Source: Zootoca vivipara (taxonomy: Eukaryota). Taken from it: a stretch of 64,000 nt of DNA. The DNA is taken from positions 28,520,001-28,584,000 of the forward strand of contig NC_083288.1 of the NCBI RefSeq assembly GCF_963506605.1, written 5' to 3'. Made by a program: the position numbers and the translations under genes. Below are positions 1-12,512 of this stretch, piece after piece. The notes under the pieces are model-generated. The model ran no database searches. It was not told the origin of the DNA and saw only the letters and a list, made by a program, of their open reading frames with translations. Every line of letters begins with the position of its first letter. Position 1 is the first letter of the stretch.

Positions 1-1173
1 GCCAGTTTTGTATGCTTCCCCCAATCAGGGAATGCTAAGTAAGGTTGGGAGGGAGAAGGTATATGTCGAAAGGAGTCATCAGTATCTTGCTGGAACTCAG
101 CTCTATTCCACTGTTACATCAGAGTCAGCAGTTGCCATTCACAACACAAAAATATATCGGGCTGCAGGGGTGGGCTGACTGAAGGCCAACTATCAGAAGT
201 TAAATACTTGTAGGGCAGAGGCACAGTGGTTGGTCAGTTCCCAAGTTCAGAGATTGGGAGACACCTGTTCTGGGTAGGTTGTACTCCCTCTGAAGGAACA
301 GGTACGAAGTCTGGGGGTGTTGTGGATCCATCTCTTTAATGGGAAGCCCAAGTGAGGACCTTAAACCTTCTTCATCTGGCAAACTGGATATGACTATCCA
401 GTTGCCTAGATACTGTGATCTATGCATTGGCAACTTCAATATTAGATTCCTGTAATATAACTTCTGTGGATCTTCCCTGCCCATAGGGAGCAGAACAACT
501 GACTCCTGCCTCTCTGACTAGAAGTCTGAAAGGGTAAACACCAAAACGAGTGAGCAATATTGATGAAGACTAACCGAAGCTCACCCCGGGGTTCCTGCGG
601 TCCTGGCATGGCCCTAGCCCCTCAATCGGATTTTGGACGAAATCCAGGACCCCCAGATTCCTTTACCGAAATTCCCTGTTTCTGGAGGGGCAGGTGATGG
701 CTACACCTCCCCTCCCCCATACCTCAATAAGCCAATGCCTAACCCCCAAACCTTACAAAGTTGTGACAATTGCTAAGGGGGTAGGCGAAAACCAAGAGGC
801 TACAGCCAATCTGCCAAATGGAAAAATTCCTACCCAGCCCCTGTTCCAAAACAGGCGACCCAAACCAAAGCAAGGCCAAAGCAGCAACACCTAAAATTAG
901 GGAGGGAGGGAGGGAGGGTGTTTGGCAGCACGAAGCAAGTGCCCCGGGAGTCTGCCGACCAACGTGTTTGGCCCAAACAGCCTGGCACGATCCCAGGGCC
1001 TGACAGTTAGCTTAACTCAGCAGGCGGGAGTGTCCTGGGGGTCAGAGCACAACCAGGACTCTCATTAAAGGGGATCCCATTTATGCCAAGTATGAATGAC
1101 CCATGGATGAAGTTGACCCTAGTACGGGTCAGATCTGGATCTACCAGCTGTACAAGACAAGCTACTTATTATC

Positions 1174-1211
<38 letters not shown>
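1174..1211. repeat. (AAT)n microsatellite
   Basis: Direct observation. Confidence 0.95.
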
Positions 1212-1213
<2 letters not shown>

Positions 1214-1237
1214 TAGGATTCAAACAAGAAGGGGAGA

Positions 1238-1400
1238 GGAAATATTCTAGCAGCTTTGTTATGCATGATAGAACATCACAAGTCAACAACACACTGGGGA
1301 ATGATAATAATACCTGTCAAAATTGCTGGTTTATGCAACTGACATTCAGCACATGCTAGCGAGTTTCTAAAGAAGAGCTATAAAACACTTGTGTTCTTCA
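1238..1400 (+). promoter_or_regulatory. Putative V2R-1 promoter block (paralog at ~11486-11648)
   Basis: Much more conserved than flanks between paralogs; contains TATAAAA at 1379-1385. Confidence 0.45.
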
Positions 1401-1964
1401 GAATTAGATCTAGGTAGAGGCAGGGCCCTGTCATTCTTCAGTTAGACAATCTCTCACTTATATATTAGGATATATTTCCACAAGCTGATTTATTTATTTT
1501 CTTTTTAAAAAATACATACAAAGTAAAGTGAGGAGATCTAGACTTGGATCTAGACTATATGAGACCTACCGGTACTCATATTAGCGGGAGATGTACAATA
1601 CAAAATAGGACAGTGGTCCTGCAATGAGCCATCTGAAAATTGTTGAGGTTCTTTACAGATCACGTAATGGTCTGCTTGTTGTAGCAATTTTAAGGTGCTG
1701 AGGCTGTATAATCTTAAATAGTATGCTATTGCTTCTTTGATTTTGAATCCTGTATTTTACTGCATTACAGCTTGAATTCTATAGAATTCTAAGTATTCTT
1801 CACAGCCTGAATGAAGCAAGCAGACCACTGGTGGTCTACAAACAACAATTTGAGAACCCCTGAACTAGGACACATGGGTACTGGCACCCAAAATCCATAA
1901 CAAGCCAAGTTGTGAATGAGCATTTGATTGATGCTGTAACAATTGCAATGCTATAGAGCATACC

Positions 1965-2224
1965 ATGGGAAGTGACATATGGAGGGGACGTTTTGCCAAC
2001 AGGATCATGGTGGTGATGGTGTTGCTACTTATACTGTTGTGCCATACTGTATGCAAGGCACATTTCATTAATTGCAGCATACATGATGACCCTCTTCCTA
2101 TTCCTCATGAATTTTTCCAGGCAGGGGACCTTGTGATTGGTGGGATTGTTTCTCAAGTCTTCTTCTTGTATAATGTACTTTCTTTCCTGAAACAGCCTAC
2201 ACAGAATACGATTGGTGAACCTAT
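1965..2224 (+). CDS. V2R-1 exon 1 (signal peptide and start of VFT domain)
   Basis: MGSDIW...[13 protein letters not shown]...GDLVIGG; donor GTAAGG at 2225. Confidence 0.9.
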
Positions 2225-5200
2225 GTAAGGCACCATGTCCTTTCCCCCTTTTCCTCAGTTTATTAACAAAAAAGCATGATCCCTAAACATTTTGAGCATT
2301 TAGTTATTCAGTGGAGATATCTTATTTTCATTATACCCTGAGGTATGTTTTCTTCACTGCAGTATTGAACAGATGCAGATGTCAAATGAATAATACAAAT
2401 TTGTTTTTTGTTTTTTGCTTCTTTCACTGTTGCTTTATTAAAGAGCTGTAACTTACATTCCAGTTCAGTGCCCAAGAACTACCAGCACATCCTGGCCTTA
2501 GCCTTTGCTGTAAAAGAGATAAATGAGAACCCCGACATCTTACCAAACATTTCTCTGGGATTCCACATTCTCAATAGTTACTACAGTGCTAGGATGACCT
2601 ATAAGGCCACCCTGAGTCTGCTTTCTAAACAAAAAATATTTTCTCCTAACTTCAAGTGTCAAAATCAGAACAATCTGGTTGCTGTTGTTGGAGGATGCAT
2701 ACCTGAAATCTCTGCCAATGTGGCCATCATTTCAGCAATCCACAAGACACCACAGGTAACTTTTAAAAAAATGTTTTTACAATAGTAGTACACCATCATA
2801 ATTAGAGGAAAATGTCTGCAATCTTTTGGATTATGGGCAGCTGATGGGCAGGAACACTTTTTCACTTTATGGAAACATCTAGGGGTGAATGCCAGGGCTG
2901 CAAAGACAGAGGCAAAAGATTGCAGGGATCAGGAGATGTGACTCTTACTTTTGGGCATTCCATTATATTCCAGAAACACAAGAGCAAGCAGTGTTTATAC
3001 CCACTGAACACAAAGGTATTTCCTCCTCCAGCAGGCAAGAGGCATCATCTCAATACAAAGACACCTTTTAGACACAAAAGATCACTTGCACATTCAGTAT
3101 GGGATGAGGCCTGGCTAGAGACGTTTTGTCCTGTGCAGTGGCATGACCACTGACAGAGCAGAGACAGATTAATTTTAGATTCTATTATGTGAGGCATAGA
3201 GCAAGAAAATTCATTCTGTCCTTTCCAATGGGAACGGATGAAGTCAGTGTGAGGCCTCTATGTTACTACTCAGTGTGTTATTGAAACCTGATGGTGCAGA
3301 TCAGGAGTAAGAAGCCGGTGGCTCAGTTTTCCCGAAAAGCTGCCTAGGTAAAATACTCACTTGCAATTGAGTATCTGAAATTTATTAAACAGTCCTAGCA
3401 GACAGAAATTCCACCAGAGGAACTCTTAGTAAAACGACAGATCATCTCCAGTGGCTGGACTGGGCTGTGGAATCCGAACATCACTAAGTTAGGTCCATTA
3501 ATTTAGCTTTACCTGTATACAAAGTAATTTCCAAGCTTCCAGAAATTTCAATTGAAGTTCCTTTTGTACTAGTAAGACATCATGGTGACTACTGTTGCCA
3601 CACTTAAATAAGAATGCACTCATTTCAGAATAGGTTAAGAGCAGGACAGTGCATATGGCCAGGGGAATAGAAAACACATCGTATAAGGAAAGGTTGGAAG
3701 AAATTGATATGTTCAGTCACTTGAAAATGAGTTTAAGGCAGAACATTACAACATTCTTCAAAGACTTAAACAGTTGCCACATAGAAGAGGTCAAAGATTC
3801 ATTATCTACTGCCACAAACATAGTACTTTTTTAAGGTTCAAAATTCAGACTAAACATACTTCAATTATAAAACAAATGAAACATCCATTAGTTGCAGAAA
3901 CTGTGATTCTGATTTTCAAAAGGATATTGAACTAGATGGCCTACAGGACCAACTGCAAAATATTGATTTACTATTCTCTTGTAATACAACTGAGAAAAAT
4001 GCATGGATTTTATTACAGCTCACTTATGGATCATTTTTACCAGAACAAAATACAAAAATGCTATTCCCATTCTTGTACCAGATGGTCCCCAATGAAGCCC
4101 AGCAGCACAAAGGAATTGTGCAGTTACTCCAGCATTTCAGATGGACCTGGGTTGGGCTTTTTGCCATGGATAATGACAAAGGGAATATGTTTTTACAGAC
4201 AATAGTGCCAATGCTTACGCAGAATGGTATCTGCTATGACTTCATAGTAAACATTCCAAAATGGAATTATATGGATGAGATGGTAGACGGGTTTTTTAAG
4301 CACTTGGATACCTATCTCATTATGTTTGAAAGAAAAGCCAATGTATTCTTTGTATATGGGGAACCTTCATCCTTTCAAGTTCTAATAATGATGTTGTTTC
4401 TAGCACCCTTTGCTGACTTGCCCCCGCTGGGTAAAGTGTGGATTATTACATCCCACTGGGATTTTGCATCACACTCTATTCAAAAGTTTTGGGATCTACA
4501 AACCTTCCATGGTTCCATATCCTTCATGGTTCATTCAAATCAACCCTTGGGATTCCAAAATTTCCTTCAGATGCTAAGACCTTCATGGTCCCAAGGAGAT
4601 GGTTTTATCCAGGACTTTTGGGAACAGGCATTCAGCTGTTCATTACAAATTTCTAATGTGCAGCATCAGGAAAGGAAATACTGCTATGGAGGAGAGAAGC
4701 TGGAGAGTCTTCCTGGGACCTTGTTTGAAATGGAAATGACTGGCCACAGCTACAATGTCTACAATTCTGTCTATGCTGTGGCTCATGCTTTGCAAGCCAT
4801 TTACAAATCCACTTCCAAAGGTAGAAGGTTGGGAGAACGACAGGAACTGTTTTTTCAGAATGTGCAACCATGGCAGGTAATTACCACTGAACATTTTTAA
4901 AAGTCTATGTTTTCATCAAGAAACATAGGGAAATCTAAGTCTGCGTGATACAGTTCCCCTTTCTGTGGTGGTTTTCATTTCCTTTCAGGGCTTTTCCACT
5001 TTTAGAAATCCATTATGATAAATATTAGTGGTCCTGTGATAAAATATTGTTATTTCAATTCAAATCACCCACCACCTTAGAGCTTATGGAAATTAATGAT
5101 CATTAGGAATATGAAATAATCATATTAGGTTTCCAATTCAAGAACAATACATTATTGCACAATGGATGAAATCATCACATGCATTGTTGAAGAATTTTGA

Positions 5201-7777
5201 AACAGTCTTCGCTTTGTTGATACTTTCTATCTAGGTCCATCATTTTCTAAGGACCATGTTGTTCAACAATAGTGCTGGGGATTCTGTGTGTTTTGATGAT
5301 AATGGAGAATTAGTTACAGGTTTTGATGTAACAAACTGGATTATTTCCCCAAATGGTTCCTTGTTTAGGGTCAAAGTTGGAAGACTGGACCCTCAGGCAC
5401 CTTTAGGAAAACAGTTGAGCATAAATGATGATCAAATTGTGTGGCATAAAGTATTTAATCAGGTGAGAGACAACACTATGACATTTGATGTTTTGACTCA
5501 AAATTTTCAAAGGCTTTGAAGGCATCTAACTACATTCCAACTTTAATTTTCGTAAAATCCCACAGGATCTTTTATTATTTCATGTATCTTTTTGAAAACA
5601 GCATTATATTCCAGTTCTAATTTTGGTGGATTCCTATTTTTTGCTTTATCTTTCCTCCCCTCCAGAAAATAAATAAATTATTTATTTCATGAATCGGTTA
5701 CAGGATAGGAAGCTATATATTATCTTTAATGGACCCTTTACATTTTAATAGATATTTCCATATTTAAGGGTGATTTATCCACCTATCCAGTTCAAAAGCA
5801 CGTCAAAAATGCAAGTAGATAAATAGGAACCGCTACAGCGGGAAGGTAAACGGCGTTTCCATGTGCTGCTCTGGTTTGCCAGAAGCGGCTTTGTCATGTT
5901 GGCCACATGACCTGGAAGCTGTACGCCGGCTCCCTCGGCCAATAATGCGAGATGAGCGCACAATCCCAGAGTCGGTCACGACTGGACCTAATGGTCAGGG
6001 GTCCCTTTACCTTTACCTTTATCCACCTATTTAAAAAGTATAGGTTTCTACGTACACTACCAAAAATACATCTCTTCGTAGAGGCAGTGCTGAGGCAATA
6101 TAAAAGTTCAAGACACATTCTAGAAAATAAAAAAGCAAGAAATAGGAAGCGAGAGAAAGAACATACAAAGTCTTAGCTAGACAAAACAGACAGAGATTAA
6201 CCCTTCTTGNNNNNNNNNNNNNNNNNNNNNNNNNNNNNNNNNNNNNNNNNNNNNNNNNNNNNNNNNNNNNNNNNNNNNNNNNNNNNNNNNNNNNNNNNNN
6301 NNNNNNNNNNNNNNNNNNNNNNNNNNNNNNNNNNNNNNNNNNNNNNNNNNNNNNNNNNNNNNNNNNNNNNNNNNNNNNNNNNNNNNNNNNCATTCTTGGG
6401 CAAGTTGATTGAATGGGTGGTTTCTGAACAACTCCAGGCATTCCTGAAGGATGCGGACCATTTGGATCCCTTCCAATTGGGATTCAGGCCTTATCATGGG
6501 ACTGAAACTGCCTTGGTCGTGCTGGTCAATGATCTCCATCAGGCTAGGGACAAAGGTGAAAGCTGTTTTCTAGTTTTGATGGATCTCTCAGCGGCTTTGA
6601 TACCATCAACCATAACATCCTTCTGGACCGTCTAGAGGGGCTGGGAGCTGGGGACAGTGTTATACAGTGGTTCTGCTCCTTCCTCCTGGGCTGTGTCCAG
6701 AAAGTAGTGTTTGGGGATGAGTATTCAGACCCCTGTGTTCTTACTTGTGGGGTGCCTCAGGGTTCTGTCCTCTCCCAATGCTTTTTAACATGCGGCCGCT
6801 GGGAGAGATCATCAGGGGGTTTGGGCTGGGTGTTCATCAGTATGCAGATGACACCCAGCTCTACCTCTCTTTTAAATCAGTGAAGGCAGTGAAGGTCCTG
6901 TGTGAGTGTCTGGATGTGGTTGGAGGATGGATGGGGGCTAACAGATTGAGGCTGAATCCTAACAAGACAGAAGAACTGTTTTTAGGGGTCAGGGGGAGGG
7001 CTGGTGTGGAGGACTCCCTGGTCCTGAATAGGGTAGCTGTGACCCTGAAGGACCAGGTGCACAGCCTGGGAGCCATTTTGGACTCACAGCTGTCCATGGA
7101 GGCACAGGTCAATTCTGTGTCCAGGGCAGCTGTCTACCAGCTCCATCTGGTATGCAGGCTGAGACCCTACCTGCCTGTGGACTGTCTAGCCAGAGTGTTA
7201 CATGCTCTAATTATCTCCTGCTTGGATTACTGCAACACGCTCTACATGGGGCTACATTTGAAGGTGACCCGGAAACTGCAACTAATCCAGAATGTGGCAG
7301 ATGGTGACTGGTGACTGGGAGTGGCTTCCAAGACCACATAACACCGGTCATGAAAGACCTACAATGGCTCCTAGTACGTTTCAGAGCACAATTCAAAGTG
7401 TTGGTGCTGACCTTTAAAACCCTAAACGGTCTCGGCCCAGTTAACCTGAAGGGGTGTCTCCACCCCCATTGTTCAGCCTGGACAGTGATATCCAGCACCA
7501 AAGACCTTCTGGTGGTTCCCTCAATGCGAGAAGGGAAGTTCCAGGGAACCAGGCAGAGGGCCTTCTCGGTAGTGGCGCCCACCCTGTGGAACACCCTCCC
7601 ATCAGATGTAAAGGAAATAAACAACTATCTGATTTTTAGAAGGCATCTGAAGGCAGCCCTGTTTAGGGAAGTTTTTAATGTTTGATGTTTTATTGTATTT
7701 ATTTCAAATATTTTGTTGGAAGCCGACCAGAGTGGCTGGGAAAACGCAGTCAGATGGGTGGGGTATAAATAATAAAC

Positions 7778-7813
<36 letters not shown>

Positions 7814-9799
7814 CCCAACCTGCTTTTGTTTGTGATTTCTTATGCTCTCATTACTAATCTCTCCATAATGTTTCTCTACAGGTGCTTCCCCGTTCTGTGT
7901 GCAATGACTACTGCTATCCTGGGTACAGCAGGAAAAAGAAGGAAGGGGAGAAATTTTGCTGCTATGATTGTGCTCCATGTCCAGAAGGGATGATCTCTAA
8001 GTATAAAGGTGGGAGGAATAACTGATAAAATCATATTATTTACCTTTCCATAACACAACATAAAGTGTAACCCCTTGTAATGCAAATGGAGGTGGTTTGC
8101 AATGCAAAATGTTAAACAAAAAACAAAAAAAACCTAACAATTAATTTTTAAGAGTTTTAAAGAGTGTGGGACTATGTGAATTTGTGTCCACCCCAATCTC
8201 TCAGTCTAAGCAACCTCACAGGGATGGTGTGAAGATCCCTTGCCAGGTAGTTCCACAGTCCCAATAGGGTATCCAAAAGAACCTTTTAACAGTGGACCAT
8301 CTGGCATTCCAACAATATACTCTGCTTTTAATATTGTTTAATTTAATTGATTTTTATAATCTTATTTCAATAAAGAGCAGGTTATTAACTATTTAAAAAA
8401 ATACATAATACAGGACATTTATGCTTTAAATATCCAATACTGCATGTGAAAACTCATTGCACAACATGGCAGCATTGGAAAGCCTGCACTCGTGGAATCC
8501 CAGCCTTGAAGTTTATTTTCTCCACTTTGATAATACTGCTTATAGGATACTGCTTATATGATTAATACTTCAAACAAAGAACAGAATGAATTGACAGCAT
8601 AGCAGAAAAATGTAATGTTTAACTGTAGAATGAAACAACATGTAACGATGTGAAGATGGTTTATAGATTATGTCCATGTTGGGGGGGGGGGAATAAATTT
8701 CTAAAGCAATTAAATAAAATGAATGCAAACTTTTCTGTTTATGTATTTATTTGATTTTTTCTCTTAGGAGGGTGTACATCATTAGATTCTTACAGAGGTC
8801 TGTGACCCCAAAAAAGTTAAGAACCCAATGCTTTACCTGTTTATCGCTCAATGTCTGAAATATTTAAACAACTCTTCCTTTATTCCAGATATGGATGCCT
8901 GTGTGAAATGTCCAGAAGATGAGTACCCCAACCATCACCAAACCCAATGCATTGCCAAGGTCCCAAGCTACCTCTCTTATGAAGAAGATTTAGGACTCAT
9001 CTTAGTTATCTTGACCATTATCTTCTCTCTGATCACAACATTAGTACTTGGGACTTTTCTGAAGCACAATAACACTCCCATAGTCAAAGCCAACAATCGG
9101 ACTCTCACCTACATCCTTCTCATCTCCCTCCTGCTTTGTTTCCTCTGCTCCTTTTTCTTCATTGGACAGCCTGGAATCGTGACCTGCCTTCTCCGACAAA
9201 TCACTTTTAGCATCATCTTTTCTGTGGCCCTTTCCAGTATTTTGGCAAAAACCATTACTGTGCTGCTGGCATTCATGGCAACCAAACCGGGATCCAGGAT
9301 GAGGAAATGGATAGGGAAAAGGCTGGCAAATTCCATTGTCCTTTCCTGCTCGTTTATTCAGGCTTGCATAGGTACTATTTGGTTAAGTACATCCCCTCCA
9401 TTCCCAGATACGGATATGCACTCACTGCATGGGGAAATCATACTTGAATGTAATGAGGGTTCAGTGGCCATGTTTTATGGTGTCTTAGTCTATATGGGTG
9501 TGCTGGCCATTGTCAGCTTCCTCTTGGCTTTCCTTGCCAGGAAGTTACCTGACAGTTTCAATGAGGCCAAATTTATCACTTTCAGCTTGCTGGTGTTTTG
9601 TAGTGTCTGGTTGTCCTTTGTTCCCACCTATCTGAGCACCAAAGGAAAATATATGGTAGCTGTGGAGATCTTTTCCATCTTGTCCTCTGGTGCTGGGTTA
9701 CTGGGTTGCATCTTTTCCCCTAAATGCTACATTATCATATTCAGACCTGAGCTTAACACCAGGGAACAACTAATCAGCAAAAAAGGTAAAAGAACATGA
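1965..9799 (+). CDS. Vomeronasal type-2 receptor gene 1 (V2R, class C GPCR), 6 coding exons, ~891 aa, apparently intact
   Basis: Exons 1965-2224, 2464-2755, 4019-4876, 5235-5462, 7882-8008 and 8889-9799 all have GT-AG boundaries; lengths 260+292+858+228+127+911=2676 nt keep frame. Signal peptide, Venus-flytrap motifs ([31 protein letters not shown]), nine-Cys domain and 7TM ([28 protein letters not shown]). Confidence 0.95.
2464..2755 (+). CDS. V2R-1 exon 2
   Basis: CAG acceptor ending 2463; [20 protein letters not shown]...KTPQ; donor GTAAC at 2756. Confidence 0.93.
4019..4876 (+). CDS. V2R-1 exon 3
   Basis: TTACAG acceptor; LTYGSF...YQMVPNE...FRWTWVG...NVQPWQ; donor GTAAT at 4877. Confidence 0.93.
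5235..5462 (+). CDS. V2R-1 exon 4
   Basis: [16 protein letters not shown]...FDVTNW...VKVG...VFNQ; donor GTGAG. Confidence 0.93.
5787..6017 (+). mobile_element. Sauria SINE, 5'-truncated
   Basis: GCAAGTAGATAAATAGG...GGTCAGGGGTCCCTTTACCTTTACCTT tail; 13-bp TSD TTTATCCACCTAT (5774-5786 / 6018-6030). Confidence 0.9.
6210..6390. other. Assembly gap (181 N)
   Basis: N run; abuts the 5' end of an L2 insertion. Confidence 1.
6391..7813 (+). mobile_element. L2 (CR1/L2 clade) LINE 3' part, frameshifted
   Basis: RT motifs [29 protein letters not shown]; LDYCN; 3' UTR ...GGGTATAAATAA(TAT)n. Confidence 0.9.
7882..8008 (+). CDS. V2R-1 exon 5 (cysteine-rich domain)
   Basis: [40 protein letters not shown]; too short for the ORF track; ACAG acceptor and GTGGG donor. 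Confidence 0.93.
8889..9799 (+). CDS. V2R-1 exon 6 (7TM domain)
   Basis: TTCCAG acceptor; [11 protein letters not shown]...7TM...KKGKRT*. Confidence 0.95.
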
Positions 9800-10237
9800 T
9801 TACATATGGCTTCTTTCTGCTTGTGATACATAGTTCATTGGAAATGCTGGTGGGAGGGATGTCATAAGAATTTCGTTATGGGTTCTTGCTTAAGGAAACG
9901 TCTTTCCTTAAATTCTTTTATGCGTAGTTTGGCCAGAAACATTTCATTTCAATTTGTTTCTGACATCTCCTTCATTTGAATGGAGAATTTCCTATTTAAC
10001 TGTTAACTGTAATCCTACCTCAAATGAGACACAATTATCAACTAATAGGATTCCTCGTTCTGAGGGTCCCAAGCATTTACTGTAAAGTAAATGGCTTGTG
10101 GCTCAAAAAAACTTAGAAGTACAAAAGCAATTATAAAATATAGCCACATGTAATTAAAATACAAGGTAAGTTAATTTCATCTGAACACCAACGATTGAAG
10201 TATACCATAGCAATCAATATATATGTAAAATAGCATA

Positions 10238-10291
10238 TGGTCCATAGGGTCACGAAGATTCGGACATGACTAAACAACTAAACAACAACAA
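10238..10291 (+). mobile_element. BovB LINE 3' tail fragment
   Basis: GGTCCATAGGGTCACGAAGATTCGGACATGACTAAACAACTAAACAACAACAA, equivalent to the end of the BovB at 14053. Confidence 0.7.
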
Positions 10292-10494
10292 ATGAAAGAA
10301 CTGGGAGAAGCCAAATATAGTAACTTCCAAAGATTCCCGAGTCATGTGTTTTCTTCCTTCTACATTTTCTTAGTGTAGCATAATCAACTTCATATTTCTG
10401 GAAAGGTTTCCCTTGCCTGTATTGGGAAAGACCACCCTCCAAAAGGCATTAAAAATTACTGCTAAAGAGTTCTGGGAAATACTGACCCTATACA

Positions 10495-10496
<2 letters not shown>

Positions 10497-10529
<33 letters not shown>
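10497..10529. repeat. (GT)n microsatellite
   Basis: Direct observation. Confidence 0.95.
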
Positions 10530-10532
<3 letters not shown>

Positions 10533-12252
10533 TTCAGCTTTAAACATTCATCGAAATCCTCCTGAAACACTTCGATTCACATCATTATGCATTGGAGGTT
10601 TTATAATTTGCATAGTAAAGTCCCCTTTAGGGTGCTAAAAGCACAACCCTGTTTGTCTTTTAGGGACTGGCAGAGGGCATGGAAAGGCTTTTTTGAGTAG
10701 TGTTCTGAGGATTTTCTGAGGAGATTGTTTGAAGTAATTGGGAGAGGAAAGAGATTCTAAAAACTGTAAGGGATGTAGAAATAATGAGCCAGAGCAGGAC
10801 TCTATATCAATTGGAATGGTTCACCTTGGTCCCTTCCCTCTCCTCCCTGCCATGTGAAAGGGAAGAGTAGCCATGGAGGGTTCAGGGAGTTGATAGATAA
10901 GAGGACCACACAAACACCAAGCCTGGCATCTGGAAGTGGTGCGGTGGATTATGAGAACCAACACCTTTTTTCATTGGGAGATAAACGAGCTTGCCTTAAA
11001 ATGAAGCAGAGTCTTTGCTAGTCAGTACACAGAGTTAAAAGGCATGAAAGATATATTTGCAGGACCCTGAAATTCATGTTACGCAACCTACTCCCAGATA
11101 CAGTACATAACATTTAGAGCATCAGCCACTTCAGCCAGAAAACACGCAACACCAACCTGCCTTATGTTACAATCACGCACATTTTAAATACTGCATTGGT
11201 AAAGAATCTTAGAATTGAATTAACTATCAGTAAAAATAAATGGGGCCAGCAATTTTTGTGAAAGATCTTTTGAGAGAATAATATCCATCAAGACAACACG
11301 GTGTGACTCTCATTTCCCCAGACCAGGCTTCCCAGTTATGCTAAATATGAATGACCCATGGATGACGTTGACCCTATAATCACCCTAGTACTGGTCAGAA
11401 CTGGATCTACCAGCTGTACAAGACTAACTACTTATCCCTCAAAGGAGAAATAATAATAATAAATGTATGATTTAAAAAGGGGGGAGGAAATATTCTAGCA
11501 GTTTTGTTATGCATGATAGAACATCACTAGTCAACAACACACTGGGGAATGATAATAATACCTCTCAAAATTGCTGGTTTATGCAACTGACATTCAACAC
11601 ATGCTAGCAAGTGTCTAAAGAAGAGCTATAAAACACTTGTGTTCTTCAAAATAAGATCTAAGTAGAGGCTTTGCCATTCTTCTGTTCAATAATTTCTCAT
11701 TTATATGATAGGATATATTTGTTCTTTTTCCTTTAAAAAATACATACAAAGTAAAGTGAGGAGATATAGACTTGGATCTAGACAGTATGAGACCCACTGA
11801 TATCAGCAGGGTCACATTCCACTAACTTATTCTTGATCCAGCTCAAAGAGAGAAACAAGAACAGTGGTGCTTCCATAGACCACTAGAAAACTGTTGCGGT
11901 CCTTTGTCCACTTAATAGTCTGCCTGTTGTAGCAATTTTAAGCTGCAGAGGCTGTATAATTTTTAATGGCATGCTACTGCTTCTTCGATTTTGAATCCTG
12001 TATTTGATTGTATTACAGCTTGAATTCTATAGAATTCTAATTGCTCTTTACAGACATGCTGTGGACAGCCTGAACGAAGCAAGCAGATCACTGGTGGTCC
12101 ACAAACAACAATTTGAGAACCCCTGAACTAGAACACAAGGGTACAGGCACCCAAATTCCATAACAAGCCAAGCTGTAAATCAGTGCAATCAGAGTATTAA
12201 CTACCATTTGATTGACATTGTAGCAACTGCAATGCTACGTATAGAGGGTACC

Positions 12253-12512
12253 ATGGGAACTGAGAATTGGAGGGGACATCTTGTCAACAGGATCATGACG
12301 GTGATGGTGTTGCTGCTTATACTGTTGTGTCATACTGTATGCAAGGCACATTTCATTAATTGCAGCATACACAATGACCCTCTTCCTATTCCTCATGAAT
12401 TTTTCCAAGCAGGGGACCTTGTGATTGGTGGGATTGTTTCTCAAGTCTTCTTCTTGTATAATGTACTTTCTCTCCTGGAACAGCCTACACAGAACGTGAT
12501 TGGTGAATCTAT
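12253..12512 (+). CDS. V2R-2 exon 1
   Basis: [27 protein letters not shown]...; donor GTAAG at 12513. Confidence 0.9.

Noticed and set aside
6031-6635. ORFs containing long X runs
   Set aside because: Artefacts of the N gap.
8828-8888. N-terminal extension of the 323-aa ORF (likewise upstream extensions at 14770, 37918, 48422, 57234, 63584)
   Set aside because: These lie upstream of clear splice acceptors or likely ATGs; intronic or UTR read-through.
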